A stretch of DNA of 64,000 nucleotides from Candidatus Bathyarchaeia archaeon. Lineage in GTDB: Archaea > Thermoproteota > Bathyarchaeia > Bathyarchaeales > Bathycorpusculaceae. Under the pieces are notes generated by a model that saw only the letters and a program-made list of their open reading frames with translations, was not told where the DNA came from and made no database searches. Position numbers and translations under genes: made by a program. Where the stretch lies: the NCBI GenBank assembly GCA_049515895.1, contig JBEKTQ010000002.1, forward strand, positions 1 to 64,000. The letters are read 5' to 3'. Every line of letters begins with the position of its first letter. The stretch's first letter is position 1. Positions 1-12,399 of the stretch are shown one piece after another.

Positions 1-123
1 AGCATTATACATTTTTCCAAAAACAATCGGACTATTTTCCTTGACGTATCCATTATAGTTTTTAGCTAATTCTTCAAGATATGGCTTAACTATCTGAATA
101 GATTTCTCTTCGTTGAATACCAC
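1..123 (-). CDS. 5' part of a hypothetical protein running off the window edge
   Basis: Hand translation from GTG at 123 (VVFNEEKSIQIVKPYLEELAKNYNGY...) is open to position 1; purine-rich AAGAAGGG upstream. Confidence 0.45.
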   Translation of the reverse strand, partial: MVFNEEKSIQIVKPYLEELAKNYNGYVKENSPIVFGKMYNA

Positions 124-536
124 ATATCCCTTCTTAATAATTATAGTTCATTATGTTAGTCTCTTGCTTAAAAGATAAATTGTTGGGTGGGCTCTTAGAA
201 GGTTGATAGCGCGCGTGCGAAGATCACTCAGGAAACGGCTTGAACGGATTCGCTTAAATAATTAAGCGCATCCCACCGGACCTGCACCCTCAAAAATTCA
301 TAAAATGGGTATTTTACTGGTAAATTGGCGACAAAATCCCCCTCCCAGCACCAATGATAAAATCTCTTCGATTTTTCTGACGGTTAGTCATTAAGACCTT
401 GAACCCATTTGGGCCAGAGCGCAGCGGCTCTTAACAAACCAGTAACGCATCCACACTAACCTTGTGGACTTGAACCTGTTTGGGTATGCAACCCGGCGAC
501 CGCACCTTAACTTAATCGCCCACCCTTAAGTCCCGT

Positions 537-932
537 CTACAACCATTTCGTTTTGATGCCTAATGCTTTAAAATGAGGGTCATCCGTAATGACGTATTCC
601 CCTAATCCCATTTTTACGAATGAAGCGATTAATGCGTCGGCAATTGGCACATTTCTATGAGAAAGAAGAAGGCTGCCAGCAACTAGCGCCACCTCTTTAT
701 CTATCGGTACACTTTTCATTCCCCTATCTTCAAGCAACCTTATCCTTGTCTTGGCAGCTTCTTCACCGATCCTTGCACCTGCATGCTCAATAAACTCTGC
801 TAATACAATTGAGGGCGCAAGCATCCGCTTGGCCGTTTCTTTTTCAACCATATTTGTAATTTTTACTCCGTCTTGTTCACTTGCTGGAAATTCAAGTGCG
901 AGCAACAGTCGTGTGTCAGCTACGCTTGTCAA
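537..932 (-). CDS. vapC: PIN-domain (VapC-like) toxin
   Basis: 131 aa with PIN acidic motifs VADT, LAEF, IADALIA, ITDDPHF; 4-nt overlap with upstream antitoxin. Confidence 0.85.
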   Translation of the reverse strand: MTSVADTRLLLALEFPASEQDGVKITNMVEKETAKRMLAPSIVLAEFIEHAGARIGEEAAKTRIRLLEDRGMKSVPIDKEVALVAGSLLLSHRNVPIADALIASFVKMGLGEYVITDDPHFKALGIKTKWL

Positions 933-1159
933 CGCCAGTTTCTCCGACTCTCATCAAGTTCACGGATTATTTTCTTATATTCTTCTTCGCCAACCACTTT
1001 ACCTGCTTTTAGTCTAGGGGTAGGCTTCATCACAATCATGCCTTCCTCTTCTTTGATTTCTAAAATGGCGCCTTCCTCTATGCCGAGCTTTGACCTGAGA
1101 TCCAAGGGGATGGTGACTTGCCCCTTTCGTTTGACTCGGACTTGGGACGACTTCTGCAT
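929..1159 (-). CDS. AbrB/MazE/SpoVT-family antitoxin
   Basis: KRKGQVTIPLDLRSKLGIEEG is the AbrB-type signature; directly upstream of PIN gene. Confidence 0.9.
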   Translation of the reverse strand: MQKSSQVRVKRKGQVTIPLDLRSKLGIEEGAILEIKEEEGMIVMKPTPRLKAGKVVGEEEYKKIIRELDESRRNWR

Positions 1160-1337
1160 AGTCGTACAATTAGTAAGTCGTACTTAAAAGCATTTGTTAT
1201 GTGTAGTGGCTTCATATAGCTATGGATTAGGCCGATGATGAAAGCAAGAAAACAAGCTGCCTTTGAATCCGAGATGAAACCGAAGCGAAAGGGTGAAAAG
1301 GCACAGTTACAATAAACCACAATAAAGGTGACTTTGA

Positions 1338-1544
1338 ATGAGTGAACAACCACCAAATATGGCGACCATCCAGCTGAACGGGTGCAAGCAGCAGTTTATT
1401 ATGAATCAGAAAAACTTCAGCACAGGAAGCAAAGGCTTTCATGGTTACGGGAAGATGCAAGTCGGCGAAAAAAACTATCAGGTTAACATTCAACTGGTAG
1501 AGATCGGTTCGAAGCCTAAAGAGAAAGAAGAAAAGAAAAAGTAA
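1338..1544 (+). CDS. small basic hypothetical protein (FSTGSKGF motif)
   Basis: 68 aa; AGGTGA SD-like site upstream, T-tract downstream, Lys-rich tail. Confidence 0.7.
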   Translation: MSEQPPNMATIQLNGCKQQFIMNQKNFSTGSKGFHGYGKMQVGEKNYQVNIQLVEIGSKPKEKEEKKK

Positions 1545-1741
1545 CTCTTCCACAATTCTTTTTTTTTAAGACCCCAAACATTTTTTTGTTTTTACATAGG
1601 CAGGGTTCAGGCTTAGAACTCGCGTTTACGCGTCAGGGGATCTATTTGGCTAATCTACATACACATCAGGTTAACTTGTGCGGGCCCGGATAGATACCAA
1701 ATTTTATATTTTAAACTATAGAGATAACCAACCTGATCGTT

Positions 1742-2527
1742 ATGCCCTCTCATAAATTCACGCTTGAAACAACCCTTGACAAGCAGAAAGCGAAGGAAGC
1801 CATTTTGAAAGCCCTAAACAACAAGGGTTACAAAGTTGAAGAGGAATCCGAGGTCAAAATAGTTGCTAAACACTTGTTCTCAGGCGCATATTACCCTCAT
1901 GAAGTTGAAGTGCTCCTTGATTCGAAACCTGGAGAAACAGGCATCTCAGCATTTATCAACCACCGTGGAGGACAAACGTATCTTAAACGACTGTTTGAGG
2001 AGCTCGTTACGCAACTTCCGCCCTTACCAACAAGAGTATTTGACCCGATGCAAAAGCCAACAAATCAAGAAGAATTCACCTATCAAGCAAAAATGCTAAA
2101 CCGCGACTTCAATCCTGGAGAACAAGTCATCTGGAGCCACACAATCCAGAAAGGCATGCTCAACAAGGAAACAGCTGAAAAATGGCTTATAACAAACATG
2201 AGGGCTATCAAACAGTTTCCAGCAACGAAAGATAACCCACAGGAAAAATTCGCAGCCCTAGGATGGCTTGACCTAACCGATTCAGTGGTGATGAATCAGA
2301 TTCGTAAATCAAAAGGAAACAGAGTCGGCTCCTTCGCAGGAGTCTCTGGAGGCGGTGGATTCGCTGGAACAACTTCAGGCATCAACACCAGCAAAAGCAT
2401 GACTTTCGGTGACATATTATTCCTTTGCAGTGACAGGGAAGTATTCCGATTCCAAGGCACTAGCGACCCAAACGAAGTCAACTATTTGATCAAAACCCTC
2501 AAGAAAGAATCGGAGAAGGTACTGTAA
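1742..2527 (+). CDS. hypothetical protein, possible C-terminal PH-like domain
   Basis: 261-aa ORF; GEQVIWS..WLITNMR..FGDILF..F.GTSDPNEV pattern resembles bacterial PH-like domains. Confidence 0.6.
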   Translation: MPSHKFTLETTLDKQKAKEAILKALNNKGYKVEEESEVKIVAKHLFSGAYYPHEVEVLLDSKPGETGISAFINHRGGQTYLKRLFEELVTQLPPLPTRVFDPMQKPTNQEEFTYQAKMLNRDFNPGEQVIWSHTIQKGMLNKETAEKWLITNMRAIKQFPATKDNPQEKFAALGWLDLTDSVVMNQIRKSKGNRVGSFAGVSGGGGFAGTTSGINTSKSMTFGDILFLCSDREVFRFQGTSDPNEVNYLIKTLKKESEKVL

Positions 2528-2585
2528 AGAGAAGCCGGAAAGCCTTAAATCCTCTCAACGACTTTTTCCTTCAACGTCTCTCAAG

Positions 2586-3161
2586 GTGATTCGCTCGCAT
2601 AAACAATTCAAAATCCTAACTTTCGCGGGCAGCTTAAGAAAAGGATCATACAACAAAGCTTTGGTCCGTGCGGCAGTTGAAGTCGCTCCTGAAAACGTCA
2701 CTTTGGAAGTTTTCGATTTAGAAGGCATTCCACCCTTCAACCAAGACAATGAAAACAACCCGCCGCAAAAGGTCGTAGAGTTCAAAGAAAAAATTAGAAT
2801 CGCAGATGCACTCTTGATCGCCACCCCAGAATACAACTATTCGATCCCCGGCGTCTTGAAGAACGCGATTGATTGGGCTTCGAGACCTTATCGAGACAAC
2901 TCATTGGCAAATAAACCAGTCGCCATAATGAGCGCATCATCAGGAATGCTGGGTGCAGCCAGAGCACAATATCACCTGCGTCAATCATTCGTTTTTCTGA
3001 ACATGCACCCAATAAACAAGCCTGAAGTGATGTTGCCACTTGCTGCCCAGAATATCGATGCCAACGGGAAATTAACCAATGAACAAACAAGAACGCTTAT
3101 CAAGCAACTGATTGAAGCTCTGGTTGCATGGACTGATCAGCTAAACTGTAAGCCGCAATAG
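2586..3161 (+). CDS. NAD(P)H-dependent FMN reductase (ChrR/SsuE family)
   Basis: GSLRKGSYN and ATPEYNYSIPGVLKNAIDWASR signatures. Confidence 0.93.
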   Translation: MIRSHKQFKILTFAGSLRKGSYNKALVRAAVEVAPENVTLEVFDLEGIPPFNQDNENNPPQKVVEFKEKIRIADALLIATPEYNYSIPGVLKNAIDWASRPYRDNSLANKPVAIMSASSGMLGAARAQYHLRQSFVFLNMHPINKPEVMLPLAAQNIDANGKLTNEQTRTLIKQLIEALVAWTDQLNCKPQ

Positions 3162-3245
3162 GCTTCACTAATTCTTTGGTTTCAGCTTTGATTTAGCGAA
3201 GCCTTAAAATGTTTTAGAGACCACGTTAGGGATTGGGCGCCAACA

Positions 3246-4538
3246 TTGAGAGTCATAGCTGACTTGCATATTCATGGTCGATACAGCAGGGCAACAAGCG
3301 AACAAATGAGCATTCCAGAAATTGCACGTTACTCAAAAATCAAAGGCTTAAACCTTGTAGGCACAGGCGACTTCACCCATCCACTGTGGCTCAAAGAAAT
3401 CAACGAAACCTTAACGCCCGAACAGAACACAGGATTATTCAAGCTAGCGCGCAATGCTGACTCACCTGTTCGGTTCATGCTTACGACCGAAGTCTGCACG
3501 ATATTCGACTACAAAGGTGAATCCAAAAAGGTCCACCACGTCATTTTGACCCCGAGCCTGGAGACGGCAACCCAAATCAATGACCGCCTAAAACGGTTCG
3601 GCGACTTATCGTCCGATGGCAGGCCAATCCTTGATGTTTCGGCATCGCAGCTTGTTGAGGAAGTTATGGCTGTTTCAGGCGAAAACATGGTTTTTCCCGC
3701 ACATGCTTGGACGCCTTGGTTTAGCATTTTCGGCGCGTTCAGCGGCTTCGACACTGTTGAAGATTGCTATCAAGACATGACACGCCACATTCACGCTTTG
3801 GAAACGGGATTAAGCAGTGATCCACCGATGAATTGGCGATTAAGCAGCCTCGACAAGTACACTTTGGTTTCGAACAGTGACTGCCACAGTTTTTGGCCGT
3901 GGCGCATTGGAAGAGAAGCCAATGTCTTCGAAATTGAAAAATTCACCTACCAGCAAGTCACAGATGCCATAATCACAAATGACCCTTCACGATTCAAGTA
4001 CACAATAGAAGTTGACCCCGCCTACGGCAAGTACCATTGGACCGGCCACCGCAACTGCAAAGTATCGCTCTCACCATCTGAAGCCATGAAGTTCGGAAAC
4101 ATCTGCCCCGTATGCCGCCGAAAACTGACAAAGGGCGTGGAGCAACGAGTTGAAGAACTCGCAGACAGACCCGCCGACTTCAAGCGTACAGACGCTCCAA
4201 GCTTCAAGCGTTTGCTTCCACTCTCCGAAATAATCGCGGCAGTGATAGGAACTGATACTCCATCAACTCAAGCAGTTTGGAAAAACTATAACCTGCTGAC
4301 TCAAAAATTCGGCGATGAGTACACAACTTTAGTTGATGCACCGCTGGAATCTTTAGTCAAGCTGGTGGATGCACCTATCGCCCAAGCCATCGTTAAAGTC
4401 AGGAACGGCGAAGCGAAAGTTACCCCCGGGTATGACGGCGTTTACGGCCAACTTATTCTAGGAATTGAAGCCCCAAAAGTTAAACCTAAACCTTCAGTTG
4501 CGATAGTAAAACAGCTAAACATGAATGATTTCTGGTGA
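3246..4538 (+). CDS. endoQ: endonuclease Q family (PHP domain + Zn finger) DNA repair nuclease
   Basis: ADLHIHGRYSRATS, GTGDFTHP, PAHAWTPW, SNSDCHS, GKYHWTGHRNC..CPVC, PGYDGVYG. Confidence 0.9.
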   Translation: MRVIADLHIHGRYSRATSEQMSIPEIARYSKIKGLNLVGTGDFTHPLWLKEINETLTPEQNTGLFKLARNADSPVRFMLTTEVCTIFDYKGESKKVHHVILTPSLETATQINDRLKRFGDLSSDGRPILDVSASQLVEEVMAVSGENMVFPAHAWTPWFSIFGAFSGFDTVEDCYQDMTRHIHALETGLSSDPPMNWRLSSLDKYTLVSNSDCHSFWPWRIGREANVFEIEKFTYQQVTDAIITNDPSRFKYTIEVDPAYGKYHWTGHRNCKVSLSPSEAMKFGNICPVCRRKLTKGVEQRVEELADRPADFKRTDAPSFKRLLPLSEIIAAVIGTDTPSTQAVWKNYNLLTQKFGDEYTTLVDAPLESLVKLVDAPIAQAIVKVRNGEAKVTPGYDGVYGQLILGIEAPKVKPKPSVAIVKQLNMNDFW

Positions 4539-4638
4539 ACCCCAAGTCTCCTTAAACATAGGTAGTAAGCAACAAAACGGTTTAATTCCTGCAAAATAGT
4601 TTTAGTTAAATATTCAACTTTACAAAGGACAGATAACT

Positions 4639-6024
4639 TTGAAAGACCTTCTGACCAAAATCAACAATATCGCTACCCAAAAATTCGGAGCACAATACTC
4701 TGAGGCCCGAGCGCAAAAAATAGACAAAACAATGCTAACGATTAAAGAAGAGCGGGTTGAAGCAGCAAAGCAAGGTATTGAAAGCGGTGTAGCTTTGCGC
4801 GTGCTTGTGAATGGCGGGTGGGGTTTCGCATCCGTTGGCTCTCTTGACGCTGCGATTTTGGAGAGCGCAATTTCTGATGCTTGCAGGATGGCAAAAATGG
4901 CGAGTTCACACCTGAAAACTCCGATTAAGCTTGCCGAGGCAAAAGTTGTCACGGACTGCGTCAGGTCTAAGCCGAGGAAAAACCCAGCGGAAATCCAGAT
5001 GGAGGACAAAATCAAAACAGCCATGACCGTTAACAAGGCAGGCTTGGGCTATGATAAGCGAATAAAAAGTTTCACGATGGATTATATGGATTTGATGGGC
5101 ACCAGCTATTTTGTGAACAGCGACGGCTCAAGCATTGAGCAGGACAAGTTGTATGTTTGGTCGAGAATCTCCGGTTCAGCCCTTAATGAGGGCGTCTTCA
5201 CGTTTAGTCGAGAAGAGTTGGGGTCCACAGCGGGATACGAAGTGTTTGATGAGCAGACTCCTGAAGATTTGGGGGAAAAAGTTGCGAAGCGCGCGATTGA
5301 ACAGTTGGGAGCTAAATCTTTGAAGGGAGGAACCTTCCCCGTTGTTTTGGGTCCGAACGTTGTTGGAGTTTTTGTTCATGAAGCGTTTGGGCATTTGGCT
5401 GAGGCTGACTTGGCTCTTTCAGGCGGCGTTTTAGCAGGCAACTTAGGAAAGAAAATCGGTTCTGACTTGGTCACTTTCTACGATGACGGTACAATCGAAG
5501 GCTCTTTTGGCGCTTTCAAATATGACGATGAAGGGGTTCAAACCCAGAAAACACTGCTTATAAAAGACGGCGTCGTCGCAGGCTTGATGCATAACCGTGA
5601 GACCGCTCAGAAATTCAACGCAAAACCCACAGGTAATGCGAGAGCTGAAGATTTTCGGGTGGAACCGATCATACGCATGCGTTGCACGTACATGGAGCCA
5701 AGGGATTGTTCGTTTGAAGAATTAATGGAAAATGTCAAGCAAGGCTTCTACTTCAAGAGTTTCAGGGGTGGACAGGCAAATCTTGACGGCACATTCCAAG
5801 TCGGCATCCAAGAAGGCTATGAAATAGTAAACGGTGAAGTAGGCGCGCCAGTACGTGACGCGTCAATAAGTGGCAACACGCTTGAAACCTTGAATAAAGT
5901 TGATGGTGTAGGCAAAGATTTTCTTTTAGATCCGGGCAGGTGCGGTAAGGGTCAGATAGCTTTCGTTTGCGATGGCGGACCGCACATCAGCATAAAGGAG
6001 GTTGTTGTCGGTGGCAGTGCTTAA
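4639..6024 (+). CDS. tldD: TldD-family metalloprotease
   Basis: HEAFGH zinc motif, [20 protein letters not shown]. Confidence 0.93.
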   Translation: MKDLLTKINNIATQKFGAQYSEARAQKIDKTMLTIKEERVEAAKQGIESGVALRVLVNGGWGFASVGSLDAAILESAISDACRMAKMASSHLKTPIKLAEAKVVTDCVRSKPRKNPAEIQMEDKIKTAMTVNKAGLGYDKRIKSFTMDYMDLMGTSYFVNSDGSSIEQDKLYVWSRISGSALNEGVFTFSREELGSTAGYEVFDEQTPEDLGEKVAKRAIEQLGAKSLKGGTFPVVLGPNVVGVFVHEAFGHLAEADLALSGGVLAGNLGKKIGSDLVTFYDDGTIEGSFGAFKYDDEGVQTQKTLLIKDGVVAGLMHNRETAQKFNAKPTGNARAEDFRVEPIIRMRCTYMEPRDCSFEELMENVKQGFYFKSFRGGQANLDGTFQVGIQEGYEIVNGEVGAPVRDASISGNTLETLNKVDGVGKDFLLDPGRCGKGQIAFVCDGGPHISIKEVVVGGSA

Positions 6025-7375
6025 AAAAGACGTAATGGTAAATTTGGCAGAAAAGGCAGTAAGTCAAGCTTTGAAAAAAGGAGCTTCAGAAGCAGAGGCC
6101 TACGTCTACGAGGGGCAAGCGACAAACATCGGTATCGAGCTAGGTCAAATCAGCAAGACAAACAGGATAATTGACCGAGGCTTAGGCATACGAGTAGTCA
6201 CCGAAAAAGCCATGGGTTTTGCTTACACAAACGTCATTGATGACCCAATTGCTGTTGACAGCGTAATTTCAAAGGCTTTGAGCGCGGCAAAAGCAAGCAA
6301 GCCTGACCCAGACTGGAAGGGACTGCCCGGAAGTAAACCCTACGCTTCACTGGAAAAAACCTTTGATTACAAGATCGCTGAATTAGAGTCAGAAGAACTT
6401 GTCAAAGTGGCTGCAATTATGCTGGACGCTGCGGGGCAAGTTGATAAAAGAGTGTTCCCAATCGAGGGCGGAATCGGATGCGCTTACATTTCTAACGCTG
6501 TCGCCAATTCAAATGGAATCTCTGGTTTTGACAAAGGCACTGTTGTCGAATGTAGCATAGCGGCCGTGGCCAAGGAAGGCAACTCGGTCACGCCCGTTTG
6601 CTTCGAATTCAATGCTTCAAGAAGCTACGAGGTTGACCCGGTTTGGGTTGGGAAAGAAGCGGCGAAACTGGCTGTGTCCGCATTAAAAACCAAGTCGGTT
6701 GAAACCAAGAGTACCACTCTAATTCTTACCCAGTTTGCTCTGCAGGACCTTTTTGCTTACACGTTGGTTAACGCGGTCAGAGCCGACAGCGTACAGAGAA
6801 ACCAGTCTGCGTTTAAGGGGAAAATCGGCGAGAAGGTGGCTTCTGAAAAACTAACAGTGTGCGATGACGGATTGTTTGCTGGTGGTCTTCGCACTTGGGC
6901 TTTCGACGGCGAAGGCGTGCCTCACCAGAAAACAACAGTCATAGAGAAAGGCGTTTTGCGCAGTTTCCTATACGACAATTATTCAGCAAAGATAGAAGGA
7001 AAAGAAAGCACCGGAAACGCAGGACGTGCAGGATACCTGTCAACTCCCAGCATAGACACAACAAACTTCCATATTTTGCCGGGAAACAAAACCGCAGATG
7101 AAATGCTAAGCGAAATTGATGACGGCTTGATAGTCTATTATCTGCAGGGCGCACACAGTAGTAACCCTGTCAGCGGCGAATTCTCAGTGGTTGCAACTCC
7201 AGCCTGGAAGATTAAGAAAGGCGAAATAACTCACTGCAGCAGAGGCGTTATGTTAGCAGGCAACATTTTTGAGGTACTCAAAAACGTGAGTTTAGTGGGA
7301 AGTAACGAACGGCAGATGGGGCAACTTATTTCTCCGTGGGTCCAAGTTGAAAATGTAAGAGTTATAGGCAAATAG
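6017..7375 (+). CDS. pmbA: PmbA/TldE-family protein
   Basis: [24 protein letters not shown]; lacks HExxH; overlaps tldD stop (start GTG 6017 chosen, 6002/6035 possible). Confidence 0.9.
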   Translation: MLKKDVMVNLAEKAVSQALKKGASEAEAYVYEGQATNIGIELGQISKTNRIIDRGLGIRVVTEKAMGFAYTNVIDDPIAVDSVISKALSAAKASKPDPDWKGLPGSKPYASLEKTFDYKIAELESEELVKVAAIMLDAAGQVDKRVFPIEGGIGCAYISNAVANSNGISGFDKGTVVECSIAAVAKEGNSVTPVCFEFNASRSYEVDPVWVGKEAAKLAVSALKTKSVETKSTTLILTQFALQDLFAYTLVNAVRADSVQRNQSAFKGKIGEKVASEKLTVCDDGLFAGGLRTWAFDGEGVPHQKTTVIEKGVLRSFLYDNYSAKIEGKESTGNAGRAGYLSTPSIDTTNFHILPGNKTADEMLSEIDDGLIVYYLQGAHSSNPVSGEFSVVATPAWKIKKGEITHCSRGVMLAGNIFEVLKNVSLVGSNERQMGQLISPWVQVENVRVIGK

Positions 7376-7460
7376 CGTCTTCAATGAAGGTTATGAAGAA
7401 ACAGCAGTTGAATCTATTTTTGTCTTTTTCTTTAGTTGTCACAATTGTTGACTTTTCGGG

Positions 7461-7570
7461 AGAAAAAGGGAGATTTGAGGAGATTTAAGGAGATTCGGGG
7501 AGATTTTTAGACGCAACCTGCAACCAATCCAAGCTCAAAACAAGAAAAGCAACCCAAAACGCAAAGAACA
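7461..7570. repeat. 10-nt-period tandem repeat (AGATTTRRGG-like, 4-5 units) followed by an A/C-rich core shared with 30148-30208
   Basis: agaaaaaggg agatttgagg agatttaagg agattcgggg agatttttag then gacgcaacctgcaacc...; manual alignment to the second copy. Confidence 0.65.
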
Positions 7571-7620
7571 AATTCGCCGAATTCGCCACCACGCAAAAGC
7601 AACTCGCTGGCACAAAGCTT

Positions 7621-8826
7621 TCATGCCCAGAAGCTGTTTGAGTATTCGCCTAAAACGCCCTCGTATATGCTTCTGGTTTGCTCCGCGATTTTTTCCCAAT
7701 CGTACATTTCCAAAACTTTCTTGTACGCCATCTCTCTGATGTGTTGCCGGTAACCATCATCAAGCAGGACTTTTTTTATTCCCCATGCTAAGGAATCAGG
7801 GTTGTTTGGGTAAACTTTGACTCCTGTCACGTCATGCTGGATGATTTCGGATAAGCCACCTGTGTCTGACGCAACTACGGGGCTTTTTGCCGCCATAGCT
7901 TCTAACGCCACGATTCCAAACGGTTCAAACAGTGAAGGTACAACGGATACGTCTGCGCACTGTTGGAGTTTAAGCAGGGTTTGTTCGTCCAGGAATCCCT
8001 CGAAAAGAACCTTATGTTCTAGTTTCATGCTGCGAACAATGTTGAGAAGTTGCTCTTTCATGTAACCGCTGCCGACGATTATGAATTTGGCATTAACTTT
8101 TTCCAAAACTTTTGGAACGGCATTGATCAATATGTGGATACCCTTTTCGTAAACGAGCCTGCCCACGAAAAGAACGATTTTTTCTTCGGGCAACGCGAAT
8201 TTGCTTCTGAAATCCTTCAAGTCATCAGAAGCCAGGTTGTAATCTAGGGTGTTTACGCCGTTCGGAACCATGACCAATTTGTCATTTGGAAGCCCGAAAG
8301 CCCACTTAACGTGTGAAATCATGTAGTCACTGCAACAGACCACTTTCCACGCTTCATAAGTCAGCCACGCTTCAGTCTCATGAATCATTTTTTCAGTGTC
8401 AGTGTGCAACCCGTCTCGTCTACCTATCTCAGTTGAATGCATAGTTACCAAGAGTGGTTTCCGAAAAACATGTTTGAGGCCTATTCCCGCATTAGCCACA
8501 AGCCAATCGTGACAATGCAACAAGTCGACTTTGTCCCCGATTTTTCTCGTCAGAGCAGCGGTTTCCTTTTGCATGTTAAGGTTCATGAGATAGACCCATG
8601 TGGCGAAGTCGGGTGCCGGGTTCTTATATGAGTCGATACGGTAAACTTCTACGCCGTCAATCACTTCATGCGCTGGCGCATCAGGAAAATCGCATGTAAC
8701 AACGTAAACTTTTACACCCTGCTTCGCGAGGCTTTTTGACAAGAAGTAAACATGAGGTGAAATTCCTCCTATGACCCTCGGGGGGAACTCCCAACTAAGC
8801 ATCATAACCGTTAAATCATCTTTCAT
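7621..8826 (-). CDS. glycosyltransferase family 4 (glycogen synthase-like)
   Basis: WEFPP..GG, HCHDW, FVGRLVYEKG, EPFGIVALEAMA. Confidence 0.92.
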   Translation of the reverse strand: MKDDLTVMMLSWEFPPRVIGGISPHVYFLSKSLAKQGVKVYVVTCDFPDAPAHEVIDGVEVYRIDSYKNPAPDFATWVYLMNLNMQKETAALTRKIGDKVDLLHCHDWLVANAGIGLKHVFRKPLLVTMHSTEIGRRDGLHTDTEKMIHETEAWLTYEAWKVVCCSDYMISHVKWAFGLPNDKLVMVPNGVNTLDYNLASDDLKDFRSKFALPEEKIVLFVGRLVYEKGIHILINAVPKVLEKVNAKFIIVGSGYMKEQLLNIVRSMKLEHKVLFEGFLDEQTLLKLQQCADVSVVPSLFEPFGIVALEAMAAKSPVVASDTGGLSEIIQHDVTGVKVYPNNPDSLAWGIKKVLLDDGYRQHIREMAYKKVLEMYDWEKIAEQTRSIYEGVLGEYSNSFWA

Positions 8827-9449
8827 TTGACCTTTAAGCCTCCAGAAACGTTGCTGTAGAGCTTAAGAATTTCTTCTATCCAAGAGTTTGAGTCGGTCGG
8901 AACCACAAATATTTTTTCTTGTGGAACCTTGTAAATTCTGATGACCTCGTCACGCATCCATTCTGTTTTCACACTGACCTTTTGCGCCTCATAAAAACCC
9001 AGCCACTCGATGCTTTTAATCGCCATATTATAAGGCGTGCCTAAACCTTGGGACCGATGATCCTCTAGACTCTCAACGGAATAAACAAACGGTATGCCTA
9101 ACCCGTTTTTCAAGGTGACGGCTGCGGGAATAAAATGCCAGTCGTAGACGTCTATTAGGTCAATTTGTTTTTTAGATTGATAGTAAAGGTTGGCGGCTGC
9201 CCTTTCAACTTCCTGGTTAAGTGTTAGAACCCATGTTAAAACTCCGATGTGCGTTCGAACGGGATTTGACACTCGGACTGTTTGCACGCCCGTTGGTTCC
9301 TTAACGGATCCTGTCGTAGTATCGTCATAAGTAACGACGTTTACTTCGATGTTATTGCTTGAAAGAAGATTTGACAATGCCTTCACGTACTCTGAGAGCT
9401 TTCCAATGACTCTTGGCGGATACTCCCAAGAAAAAATGATAACGCGCAT
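8823..9449 (-). CDS. GT4 N-terminal-domain-only protein
   Basis: WEYPPRVIG and DVYDW align with the GT4 N-lobe; ends at 208 aa without the EPFG nucleotide-sugar domain. Confidence 0.8.
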   Translation of the reverse strand: MRVIIFSWEYPPRVIGKLSEYVKALSNLLSSNNIEVNVVTYDDTTTGSVKEPTGVQTVRVSNPVRTHIGVLTWVLTLNQEVERAAANLYYQSKKQIDLIDVYDWHFIPAAVTLKNGLGIPFVYSVESLEDHRSQGLGTPYNMAIKSIEWLGFYEAQKVSVKTEWMRDEVIRIYKVPQEKIFVVPTDSNSWIEEILKLYSNVSGGLKVK

Positions 9450-9456
9450 GCTCCCA

Positions 9457-9708
9457 CTACGTGAAAAGCGAGCAGACCTTAATTATTCCTCTTCCAGTGA
9501 GATAATACCGTTTCTTTCCTTCATTATCATAGAAACTTTCAGCAAAACCTTCAGACTTGTACCGATCCAAAATGCCTTCGATTTCGCTTGGGTCTTTCTG
9601 AAGGAGCCTTGCTACTTCTTCGCCTCTTCTCGCCAAATCAGCCGCTGTGGCGCATAAGTTATGCAGAGTTTGCAAGACTTTGTCTGGGAAGGGAAGCTCG
9701 TCTCTCAT
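9457..9708 (-). CDS. small winged-helix protein
   Basis: 83 aa; KKRYYLTGRG wing motif; GGTG SD upstream; co-oriented with glucan genes. Confidence 0.7.
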   Translation of the reverse strand: MRDELPFPDKVLQTLHNLCATAADLARRGEEVARLLQKDPSEIEGILDRYKSEGFAESFYDNEGKKRYYLTGRGIIKVCSLFT

Positions 9709-9766
9709 TGATAATGCACCATACCGAGTTAATTATTAGTGGACTTTGCTTATAAACGCGTTAGTT

Positions 9767-11314
<1,548 letters not shown>

Positions 11315-11657
11315 AACATTTCGTCCGAAGTACAATTATCAGGAGAACACTTATTTCTAATTTGTTATTTTTAAGGCTTAAAAGGTTCCTCGTTTTTCTG
11401 AATTTCAAATCTTGGAACGTTCGACTATAAACGCTAGAATCGCTTTGCTTAGAAGTTAAGCCGAAATTGATCTAAAAAGCTAAAACAGTTGGGAAATAGA
11501 TATATTTTACCTGAACTACAGGTAGATAAACGACAGCGTAAACAAGATACCCAAAAAAACGGTTTTGTGTCCTTACTGTTTAGAGCAATAAGCCACGCTG
11601 AACTTCAAATTTTTGGTTCATGTAAGACCTGCCTTAAAGTAAATTGGAGATGAATAT

Positions 11658-11786
11658 ATGATAAATAATGATGTTTGCCCAAATTGCAAGTCAACGGCAG
11701 AGACCGAACTGCTCATAAAGAATGAGCAAGAGATTTATACAATTTGTAGCGCCTGCAAAAGTATCCGTTCTAAATCATGGCTCTAA
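11658..11786 (+). CDS. 42-aa zinc-ribbon microprotein (below ORF-track cutoff)
   Basis: Hand translation MINNDVCPNCKSTAETELLIKNEQEIYTICSACKSIRSKSWL; CPxC + CxxC; GGAGATG upstream. Confidence 0.65.
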   Translation: MINNDVCPNCKSTAETELLIKNEQEIYTICSACKSIRSKSWL

Positions 11787-11998
11787 AACTATCTCAAATG
11801 CTTTGGAGAAACTTTGGCTCCAAAATTTAGCGCTAAAAGTCTTGGGCTTTATTTGGACAGGCATGACTCTTTTAAAAAGTCACGTTTGAAGATTCGGAAA
11901 AATCGTCTGCAGCCTCGGTGGCTGAAATGTATTTTTTTTCTTTCAAAATTTATTTTCTCAGCAATACTGTTTTTAAATGTCAGCGGGTATGAGAGTTT

Positions 11999-12397
11999 AT
12001 GCATGAATGGGCGCTTGCTGAAGCAGTTTTGGCCTCGGCAAAAGAGATCGCTGAGAAGGAAAAGCTGAAGGAAGTTACAGAGGTCACCATTAGGATCGGC
12101 GAGCTCCAGCAGGTTGAACGACCCATTCTGCGTTTTGCCATTTCACAGATGAAGACGGCACTTTTCAAGAACACAAAATTCCGTATCCTGAAAGCCAAAA
12201 CGTCGCTTCGATGCAGAGTTTGCGGCGCAACATGGCAGTTTGACACCAAGAAAATGGACAAGGAGACTGCAGAAGCCATTCATTTTGTTCCCGAAGTCGC
12301 CCACAGCTATATTAAGTGCCCGAAATGCGGCAGTCCTGACTTTGAAATCGCCAGCGGACGTGGGATTTGGCTTGAGAACGTAAAAGGAGCCAGATAA
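11999..12397 (+). CDS. hypA: hydrogenase nickel incorporation protein HypA
   Basis: MHE start, IGELQQV, CRVC and CPKCGS, Thermococcales-like IHFVPE insertion. Confidence 0.93.
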   Translation: MHEWALAEAVLASAKEIAEKEKLKEVTEVTIRIGELQQVERPILRFAISQMKTALFKNTKFRILKAKTSLRCRVCGATWQFDTKKMDKETAEAIHFVPEVAHSYIKCPKCGSPDFEIASGRGIWLENVKGAR

Positions 12398-12399
12398 TA

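Noticed and set aside
395-515. Imperfect repeat CTTGAACC..TTTGGG (two copies) downstream of vapC
   Set aside because: Short and degenerate; could not establish a structure or further copies
1680-1688. GCGGGCCCG matching the tRNA-Arg 3' end as a possible att site
   Set aside because: Only 9 nt, expected by chance; no integrase nearby
4639-7375. TldD/PmbA as part of a RiPP cluster
   Set aside because: No precursor peptide, YcaO or transporter adjacent; a common stand-alone archaeal pair
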